Positions 35,296 to 45,549 of a DNA stretch of 54,130 nucleotides are shown one piece after another. Positions within the stretch are counted from its first letter, which is position 1. Each line of letters opens with the position of its first letter. The notes beneath the pieces were generated by a model, which saw nothing but the letters and a program-made list of their open reading frames with translations, had not been told where the DNA came from and ran no database searches. Location: NCBI GenBank assembly GCA_900128395.1, contig LT649261.1, forward strand, positions 1-54,130, given 5' to 3'. Both the position numbers and the translations under genes were made by a program. Source of the stretch: Stramenopiles sp. TOSAG23-2. Its lineage: Eukaryota.

Positions 35296-38200
35296 GATCA
35301 TTTAATTAATATATATTGTATCTTGAATATGATGGTATAGTATGTAAGTAAACGTTGAACTGATGGTTGTGTCTTCTTTCTATTTCGTATTTTATCAAAT
35401 GCAATATGGACTAACATTTATTTTTATTATTATTATTATTATTATTATTGTTATATATGATCATTTAATAATATATATTGTATCTTGAATATGATGGTAT
35501 AGCGTGTAAGTAAACGTTGAACTGATGATTGTGTCTTCTTTCTATTTCGTATTTTATCAAATGCAATATGGACTAACATTTATTATTATTATTATTATTG
35601 TTATATATGATCATTTAATATATATACTGTATCTTGAATATGATGGTATAGGATGTAAGTAAACGTTGAACTGATGGTTGTGTCTTCTTTCTATTTCGTA
35701 TTTTATCAAATGCAATATGGACTAACATTTATTTAAATCGTTATAAATCAAGGGTGGGGGATTTTGGATAAATCGTGGAACTGCCACATTGACAAGTTGT
35801 ACTGTGTCTAGTAACACCGCTGTAAGTAAATTGAAATATATGTGTGTCTTTTTTATATCAAATGCAATATGGACTAACATTTATTTTTATTTTTTTTATT
35901 ATTATTATTATTATATATGATCATTTAATAATATATATTGTATCTTGTATATGATGGTATAGGATGTAAGTAAACGTTGAACTGATGGTTGTGGCTTCTT
36001 TCTATTTCGTATTTTATATCAAATGCAATATGGACTAACATTTATTTTTTTTTTTATTATTATTATTATTATATATGATCATTTAATATATATATATTGT
36101 ATCTTGAATATGATGGTATAGAATGTAAGTACATGTTGAACTGATGGTTGTGTCTTCTTTCTATTTCGTATTTTATATCAAATGCAATATGGACTAACAT
36201 TTATTTTTATTATTATTATTATTATTATATATGATCATTTAATATATATATATCGTATCTTGTATATGATGGTATAGAATGTAAGTAAACATTGAACTGA
36301 TGGTTGTGTCTTCTTTCTATTTCGTATTTTATATCAAATGCAATATGGACTAACATTTAATTTTATTTTTTTTATTATTATTATTATTATATATGATGAT
36401 TTAATATATATATTGTATCTTGTATATGAATGGTATAGGATGTAAGTAAACGTTGAACTGATGGTTGTGTCTTCTTTCTATTTCGTATTTTATATCAAAA
36501 GCAATATGGACTAACATTTATTTTTATTATTATTATTATTATTATATATGATCATTTAATAATATATTGTATCTTGTATATGATGGTATAGCATGTAAGT
36601 AAACGTTGAACTGATGGTTGTGTCTTCTTTCTATTTCGTATTTTATCAAATGCAATATGGACTAACATTTATTATTATTATTATTTATATTATATATGAT
36701 CATTTAATATATATACTGTATCTTGAATATGATGGTATAGGATGTAAGTAAACGTTGAACTGATGGTTGTGTCTTCTTTCTATTTCGTATTTTATATCAA
36801 ATGCAATATGGACTAACATTTATTATTATTATTATTATTGTTATATATGATCATTTAATATATATACTGTATCTTGAATATGATGGTATAGGATGTAAGT
36901 AAACGTTGAACTGATGGTTGTGTCTTCTTTCTATTTCGTATTTTATATCAAATGCAATATGGACTAACATTTATTTTCATTATTATTATTATTATTATTG
37001 TTATATATGATCATTTAATTTAATAATATATTGTATCTTGAATATGATGGTATAGCATGTAAGTAAACGTTGAACTGATGGTTGTGTCTTCTTTCTATTT
37101 CGTATTTTATATCAAATGCAATATGGACTAACATTTATTATTATTATTATTATTGTTATATATGATCATTTAATATATATATATCGTATCTTGTATATGA
37201 TGGTATAGAATGTAAGTAAACATTGAACTGATGGTTGTGTCTTCTTTCTATTTCGTATTTTATATCAAATGCAATATGGACTAACATTTATTATTATTAT
37301 TATTGTTGTTATTATTGTTATATATGATCATTTAATTTAATAATATATTGTATCTTGTATATGATGGTATAGCATGTAAGTAAACGTTGAACTGATGGTT
37401 GTGTCTTCTTTCTATTTCGTATTTTATATCAAATGCAATATGGACTAACATTTATTATTATTATTATTATTGTTATATATGATCATTTAATATATATATA
37501 TCGTATCTTGTATATGATGGTATAGAATGTAAGTAAACATTGAACTGATGGTTGTGTCTTCTTTCTATTTCGTATTTTATATCAAATGCAATATGGACTA
37601 ACATTTATTATTATTATTATTATTGTTATTATTGTTATATATGATCATTTAATATATATATATCGTATCTTGTATATGATGGTATAGAATGTAAGTAAAC
37701 ATTGAACTGATGGTTGTGTCTTCTTTCTATTTCGTATTTTATATCAAATGCAATATGGACTAACATTTATTATTATTATTATTATTGTTATATATGATCA
37801 TTTAATATATATATATCGTATCTTGTATATGATGGTATAGAATGTAAGTAAACATTGAACTGATGGTTGTGTCTTCTTTCTATTTCGTATTTTATATCAA
37901 ATGCAATATGGACTAACATTTATTATTATTATTATTATTGTTATTATTATATATGATCATTTAATAATATATATTGTATCTTGTATATGATGGTATAGGA
38001 TGTAAGTAAACGTTGAACTGATGGTTGTGTCTTCTTTCTATTTCGTATTTTATATCAAATGCAATATGGACTAACATTTATTTTTTTTATTATTATTATT
38101 ATTATTATATATGATCATTTAATATATATATATTGTATCTTGAATATGATGGTATAGTATGTAAGTAAACGTTGAACTGATGGTTGTGTCTTCTTTCTAT

Positions 38201-41200
38201 TTCGTATTTTATATCAAATGCAATATGGACTAACATTTATTTTCATTATTATTATTATTATTATATATGATCATTTAATAATATATTGTATCTTGTATAT
38301 GATGGTATAGTATGTAAGTAAACGTTGAACTGATGGTTGTGTCTTCTTTCTATTTCGTATTTTATATCAAATGCAATATGGACTAACATTTATTATTATT
38401 ATTATTATTGTTATATATGATCATTTAATATATATATATCGTATCTTGTATATGATGGTATAGTATGTAAGTAAACGTTGAACTGATGGTTGTGTCTTCT
38501 TTCTATTTCGTATTTTATTAACTAACCTTTATGTATTTTTAACACATCTTGTGAAAGGGTGGAGGAATATGGGTTAATATCGCTTCCGCAAAATTGTTCT
38601 TAAGCAATTGTATCTTTCAAGGTAATACTGTCAAGAACAAAGGAGGTGCCCTCTATATTAATATTAATGGGTGGTCTACACAACGGAAAGAATTATCTAT
38701 AATCAATACATCATTCATTGATGCTTCTGATACTATCGTTTTTTCAACAGCACCATCTGTACCATGTATATCTCCCTCCGAATGTATACCAGGAGATGGT
38801 GGAGCTATATCGAATTACAATTCCTCTGAATGTAGTAAAATTGCATGTGGGAAATGTCCAAAAGGAATGCGTCGTACATCAACCGAAGGCGAATGTTTAA
38901 CATGTGTTGTTGGGAGATATACTGATCAAATTGCACAAACGGCATGCAAGAATTGTGAAAGTGGCAAGTACAATTCAAAAAAAGGGATGACAAGTTGCAC
39001 GGAACCTTGTGAAGAAGGACATTATTGCCCAGGTGGTACGGGTAAAATATTGTGTCCTCGTGGATCATACCAAAACGAAGAAAGCATGCCAAAATGTAAA
39101 GAGTGCCAAGGTGGAACATACCAAGAAATAACAATAGAAACAGGGCAAGCCGATGAATCTTCTTGCAAAGATTGCCCGGTTGGGACATTTTTACGGTCTT
39201 CCACCAAATTTAGTAATCATGAAGGTATAAGTAATTGCAAAGAATGTGAAAAAGGTCGATATAATCAAAATAGAGGATCTGCTGCGTGCACACCCTGTTC
39301 AAATGGAAAATATTTCTACCCAAACATTGCACGGCAAGAAAGTGAGCTTCGCGCTTGTAAACAGTGTGCAAATAATACAATTACTTCCGACAGTGGACTT
39401 CTGGAATGCTATCCATGTACATTGGGCAAAACGGCAAACGACGCTCACACTAGTTGTGATACGGACCCGGATTTTTATGGCACTGCAAATTTGCCAGCTG
39501 CACAACAAGTATTCGAAGGAACGTCATACCAATACCCATTAACACTATCGAAATCACCGGAGGAAGAAAATGTTCAAATTATTATTTCAAGTTCTAATAA
39601 TACAAATTGTATATTGTCACATTCAATTGTTACATTTACAAAAAATAATTTTACTTCTGCCGTTGACATTGCAGTAACTGTAGCAAACAATTATATTGAT
39701 GAAGGAGTAAATAAAATTGTTTTTGTTTGCACATTAGACCACACGATTAAAAGCACAGATGCGAAATATGTAAATGGTGATGTGATCTCGTTTACAATCT
39801 CTGCCGTAAATAATGATATTGCCGATGTAAAATTACAATTAACAAAACCTGGCGGTGGTTTTGAATACAAATTAAAAGTAATTGGACCATTATCAGTTAC
39901 CGAAGGGACAAATACATCTTACGGAATAGTACTGGATACGAAACCAAGAAATAATGTGTTTATAAAATCTATTATTAAAGTTCCACAATCAGACGATCAT
40001 AAATTGGAAATGACATTAGACCCGGCGTTGATAACATTTACAACCTCAAATTGGAACATACCTCGTCTTGTAACGATGCACGCAAGCAGTGATTTGATTG
40101 ACAATCAGATCGACCAACGTTTTGAAGTGATGTATTATATTGAAACGGCAGATGAAGTATTTCTACGTAAAGCTGTAAACAATACTGTGATTGCGGAAAT
40201 ACGTGACGACGATAGCGCAGGCATAGTTATGTCAAGCAATAACCTGGATTTAATTGAATTAAAAGAAGGTGGTGAAAGTAAACAATTCAAAATTAAAGGT
40301 CTTTCCTCCGAACCGTTAGCAAATGTTAAAGTATTGATATCAGCAAAATCGAATGCAGAAAGCACAATAACAGATTTGATTGATATTGAACCAAAGTCAT
40401 TTACAATTGATAAATCCAATTGGAGAAACGTAAATGAGTTAATAACAGTAAAAGCGCTGGAAGGTAATTACCTTTCTTTAGGCACATCTTTTTCTCTTGA
40501 TATATCTGTGGAAAGTGGAGATCCTAAATATAATACTTTCGGTACAATGGCAAAACAGCTTTTATCGGTTGAACGTATCAATTCAATAGATACGGCGTTG
40601 CCAAAGATTGTTCAAGTTCAATTGGCACATGTCGACCGTTCATATTTACAAAGCTTGGTTTTAATTGAGTGGGAGTTGCCACCAAATATAAATGCGTCAA
40701 TAGCAAATATTAGTATTATGGCAGAAAGCGAGGACGGAAAGCAAACGGAAAGTATATTTAAACCTGGTGCAACAAAAGGGGTGTTACGAGAATTGTCACC
40801 ACCATTTGTTGATCAAGTTTATAAGTTTGATATAAAATTCAAATATAAATCTGGTATTTATAGTGATGGAAATCTATGGTCAAAGCTATGGAAAACAACT
40901 AAAGATTGTAGGGACGACGAATTTTATTTAGATGCCACTGGTAACAATATGATGAAATGGAAATGCAAATCTTGTCCAGATGGTGCATCGTGCAAAGGTG
41001 AAAAAAGCGAGAAAAATCTTTATGCCAAATTTGGTTACTGGGGCTACAATAAAACACAATATTACCCGTGCCTTCGTTCACAAGCATGTTTTGGAGGGAA
41101 AAATCAAGCATTTAAAGACCGTTTTAAAGATGTGAATGATGATAAAGCAATTGCATTTTGTGCAGACGGGTATCGTAACGGAAGCCGTTTATGTGCATCG

Positions 41201-42586
41201 TGTGATGTAAACTATGCTCGTGGTTCTAGTATAGGCGAGTGCAAAGTTTGTCAAACAGAAACAAATGTAGTAGTATTTATTCTTGGTGTTATAGTTGCAA
41301 TAGGTGGAACTTTCCTACTCGTTAAAATTACAGTATTTAAAGAACGTACTGTTAATTTTAGTGACGGTGTAAAGAAAATTGCACTTAGTTATTTGCAAAC
41401 GGTTTCGTTGGCACGTAATATAAATGTTCCGTGGAATCATACGTTTAGACAGTTATTCGTTGCGCAAGATGTTGTAACACGTGTATCAGAAGCCTTTTTT
41501 TCCTTGGATTGTGTGTTAAGCACTGCAACGTCGTGGGATGTTTTTGTACTTCGATATGTATGTGTACTTTTAATGCCTTTTCTTATTGTGCCGTTGACAA
41601 TATTTTGTATGAAACGTATTGGTGGCAATAAAGAACAAATTGTTGCTACATTAGTTTTGTTATGGTATCTAATGTTTCCAACATTTATACAATCGTTTGC
41701 AAAATTGATAAGTTGCACGGAAGGTATTGGTACAGAACAGTTACGTTATTTAAAAGTTGATCCAGAGATAGTTTGTTGGAAAGAAACACATTTAATAATG
41801 TTTTGCCTTGCTGGTCTTGTTTCATTAACATATATTATTGGGTTTCCAGTGCTTGGTTTGTACGTATTGCATAAAAGTGACCGTGAACTACCGGAAAATC
41901 GTTTAAAATATGGAATGTTATACGATGGCTATAACAACCAATATTATTATTGGGAGATAACAATGATATTGCGTAAAATTTGTATTATTGTTATTGGAAC
42001 ATTTGTAGCAGATAGTCAACAAATACTTTGCGTGTTGTTTGTATTGGCATCATTGATATTTTTAACAGCATACTACGAACCATTCTTGTCAAACAATTTG
42101 TTGCATTTGGAACTTGGTTCGTTATCATTGGCTTTCTTTACGTTCTGGGTAGGGGGTTTGTTGCAGAATGATCCAACCTGTGCTGATGACAGTGGTTTTT
42201 GGTGTGAAGGTGCAGCATATTTTGTTGCTTTTGTCAATGTTATTGGTATTTTTTACCTTGCATATGTCTTTGGAACTGCGAAATGGAAAGAAAAAGCAGA
42301 TGTGGTGATGGCTGTTGTGAAAACAAAGTGTCCTTGTTGTTATGTCAAACGTAATGATCCAAATAAGCACCGGGGCAATAGAAACGGTAGAAATACATGG
42401 TATGATGGTGATGCGACAGATAGAGGTACTGTTGAAGTTGCTATGGTGAAGACAAAGTCAAAGAAGGGAAATGGTAATGGACGGAACAGAAAAACGGAAA
42501 CTATAAATCCATTGAATGGAATTGATTTAACATCTATAGAGCATGTCGTAGAATTGCCTGATGTAGTTGGAAGCAAAGAATTGTAA
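34280..42586 (+). CDS. ~1600-1621-aa multi-pass surface receptor: signal peptide, RRRL/RELL pro-region, PMP/pectin-lyase-like beta-helix repeats, GCC2_GCC3/ephrin-receptor-like Cys repeats, Calx-beta/Ig-like domains, ~7-8 TM. Exons 34280-34984, 4 microexons, 35753-35821, 17 microexons, 38558-42586
   Basis: Exon 1 is 705 nt (phase 0) ending ...ITIQNGYT|GTACGT. The 69-nt exon encodes GGGFWINRGTATLTSCTVSSNTA. The last exon starts GGGIWVNIASAK, in frame with ORF 38594 (FQGNTVKNKGGALYIN). All junctions are AG/GT in phase 0. Confidence 0.88.
34985..35752 (+). other. Microexon array A: 5 introns enclosing four 3-nt exons AAT(35179-81), TAT(35341-43), CGT(35503-05), GAT(35652-54) = N,Y,R,D
   Basis: Each triplet lies in the context TGATGGTATAG|NNN|GTAAGT, and each intron carries GGACTAAC. 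Confidence 0.85.
35822..38557 (+). other. Microexon array B: 18 introns enclosing seventeen 3-nt exons starting at 35963,36122,36278,36439,36592,36741,36892,37056,37209,37373,37526,37688,37841,37999,38158,38311,38464 = D,N,N,D,H,D,D,H,N,H,N,N,N,D,Y,Y,Y
   Basis: 149-164-bp tandem units of GTAAGT...GGACTAAC-(ATT)n-...TGGTATAG plus a NAT codon. Confidence 0.85.
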
Positions 42587-42961
42587 GGAACGGGGGGAAA
42601 CGGAACTTGATACAATCACAGGGAGTAGAAACGAGAAAATAGTTGCGAAAAATAAATTAAATCGACAAGAAAATGCACTTAGAAAAATAAAAGATAATCT
42701 AAATCGACTAAAACGCTTGTCAAAGTTGGCCAATGATCGAAAGAATATTATGTTTAGTATTTTAGTCGTGTTTTTTAGTTTTTCGTGCAACTAATTTCTA
42801 GAAGAATTTTTTGATTGACGCTTGCTTTGATATCTGATTTAAGGTATTTTATGATTTGCATTTTTACATTTTCTGTGGATTTGCTTTTTGCGTCGGATTT
42901 TAAAACAAATGTGCATTATATCGACTATGGTTGCTATCCAGCTAGCTATGTAGTAATGGTT

Positions 42962-43373
42962 TGGAAAGAAAAAGATAATATACGTACTTCTTATTTTGTT
43001 CACGTAGCGCCATTATGTCATATGGTTTTCAGTCATATGATATTCTTTATGCTAATAAGTTAAAATTTGCAGTAAAGATAATGGTTAAAATCTATGCATA
43101 AGTTATAATAATTTTATACTTCCCGTGGTAAATAATATTTTGTTAAAATAGATATCATACGCCTCGTACGAGTATATGTGCGTATATAAGGAAATTACTT
43201 GTGTATATCATATTATTTTTTCTGAAAATCTTCATAACATTCAAAATGAACTTTAAAATCTTCAATCTCGTAATATCTGCCATCATATTTACCAGGGATT
43301 TTCATCAGTGGACCATTACAATACTTGCATTTTTCAGCATGCCTGCAAACCATCAGCAGTAACATATGTATGA
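42962..43373. repeat. Direct repeat copy 2 (~410 bp)
   Basis: Near-identical to 33426-33840; here it is part of the intact Zn-finger gene. Confidence 0.92.
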
Positions 43374-43735
43374 ATGTGGTAATATACATACAAAATTTAG
43401 TTAGAGAAAAAATCAAATGAATTTAGGTGTGTATGTGTTTAAAGAGTCAAAATATTGCCCTTTTTAAAAAAAATATATACTTACTCAACTTGATAATCAT
43501 GCCAGCATTCACCATGTACTTTTCCATTTTTGTCACTTGTATAATACGCCCCGGTGAATTTTCCTTCAATTTTTACAACTGGCTCATTGCAGTACTCACA
43601 TTTGTCTGCTTTTCCAATCCTAAAGTCATCGTAGCATTCTGAATGTACTCTTCCATCTCCTTCTTTATAAAATGTACCACTATATGTATTTTCAATTTCA
43701 ATACCAACTGGCAATTGACAATATAAACATGGCAT
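43213..43735 (-). CDS. Small protein with three CxxC...HxxC zinc fingers (LIM-half-like); intron 43343-43484
   Basis: CLYC..HSEC, CEYC..HGEC and CKYC..HFEC. A GTAAGT...CAG intron gives in-frame YQVE-HAEKC. Confidence 0.82.
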
Positions 43736-44033
43736 TGATGCAGATGATATTATAATTAGTTTCTTAATTTAATTGTTTCTTTTTAAATTTTAATACTTTT
43801 ATTATATTTATTTGAAAACATATATTTGTAGAATTCAGATGGATTCGAAGGCACGCTATGTTGTATGTTGTTAATAAATAAAATTATATTCTTTTTTTTT
43901 CTTTCTTTCTTATCTCTTTTTCTCTTGTAACATATACCAGTATATATATCTTTATTCTGTATATAGATCATATATTCCAGAAATATTGTAACTTGTGTAT
44001 GGTTGCTATCCAGCTAGAGCTAGCCCAGGCTAG

Positions 44034-44413
44034 CCCAGTCAATTTTTTTTAGAGAACGATACGTTAGCATGGAATAGCATTGAGGTCCAAAATAAAGTAT
44101 CGTTCTGTATCGTTCTCTCTAATTTTCCAATTTTTTGGCTACATGAAAATAATCTATAACAATATCCGTAAAATATTAAATATAATGAATTATTTTAATA
44201 GTTATAAAAACTTATAAATACTATCATGATTTCCATATTTATATTTTCAGATTCCCAAAATTTAGAACAATTTTATCGAACGATAAATCTCATTTTTTCA
44301 TCTTTTATCTAGCATGGACACAGCATGAGAGAACGATACAGAACGATACTTTATTTTGGACCTCAATGCTATTCCCATGCTAACGTATCGTTCTCTAAAA
44401 AAAATTGACTGGG
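44034..44413. mobile_element. 380-bp MITE with ~86-bp terminal inverted repeats (CCCAGTC...GACTGGG) and CTAG target-site duplication
   Basis: 44034-44119 is the reverse complement of 44327-44413 apart from one indel. CTAG lies at 44030-33 and 44414-17. No coding capacity. Confidence 0.85.
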
Positions 44414-44750
44414 CTAGCCCAGCTAGCTATGTAGTATTAATAATGTTAATGTCATGGTATTATTAATGACGTAAAAATGGGTATAATAAAAGTGTATAGC
44501 AACAGTATATAGCATAGAACTTTATAATAATATATGCACGTCATTTTTTTTCGACCCAAATATGGCCATACCGGATGTGCACATCATTGGGTGGTGGTGG
44601 TGTGCCAGTGGTGTGCAAATTACACCTCTTATTACTTTTTTCCGGATTCCGGATTATTATAAAAAATATGATGAATTTGACATAGAAACGATAATATAAT
44701 ATATATATACACTCTATTGTTGTATCATGTATTTTTACATAATATTGTTG

Positions 44751-44960
44751 TTAAGATGCTTTTTGCATTTCACGCAATTCACGTCGTAAACTTACATTAT
44801 TATTTCCTATGATTGTAAGCATTTGTCCATCATTTCGTTTTTCTTCATATGCATCTTTCCATTTACGATATTTTCGTATCCTTACATCTGGATGTGGTTC
44901 ATTGACTTCTTTGATATATTTTGTTGGCGACAAGATTTCATTGGATTTCAATATTTCCAT
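44751..44960 (-). CDS. Short ORF or gene fragment of unknown function
   Basis: 69-aa ORF with ATG and protein-like composition; no recognisable motif. Confidence 0.3.
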   Translation of the reverse strand: MEILKSNEILSPTKYIKEVNEPHPDVRIRKYRKWKDAYEEKRNDGQMLTIIGNNNVSLRRELREMQKAS

Positions 44961-45549
44961 TTTGTTGTTTTATATATGTATTCTTTTGTTTTTCTTCTTT
45001 TGGTATAGTTATTCCTGTGAATATATATATATATATACGTATGTATCTAGACGTGGTTATTGGTTATGTTGTAATAGGTTTTTCTCTTTCTAGTATTTTT
45101 TTTTTTTGCATTTCTATCTCTCTCAAATGTAAATGTAAATCTATACATGTTGTAAATTACATTGTTAATAGTTTAATGAATGGCCGCCATGTGTACAAGT
45201 ATGTTTCTTCTCGCCAAGTTATAACGAATAGAACGTAGATATGGTCAGTATTCTAATTTCCATTCAAGTACAAATATGATAGGAGCTGACTCTATTTATC
45301 TAGCAGCCGGGCTGGCACACTTCTTGACTTTTTCATGCATTCATTAGTGTTCCGACTATGCATTCATCACCGTATTTTATATTTTATAAGTTCTTCTATA
45401 GAACAACAACTGTAATATTATTACATTAATTATTATATACAGTTATGACGCGTGTGGATAGCTGAATGAGTACATTCATATACAATCAATCAAGATATGT
45501 ATACATATAATCCCAGCCTAGTAAAATATTTAACCTTTCTTTTGCCGCA

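Noticed and set aside
34985-38557. CRISPR array or plain non-coding minisatellite
   Set aside because: There are no unique spacers or cas genes and the context is eukaryotic. Each unit carries complete splice signals in the correct order, and the flanking exons join in frame with a continuous repeat motif, which a neutral satellite would not explain.
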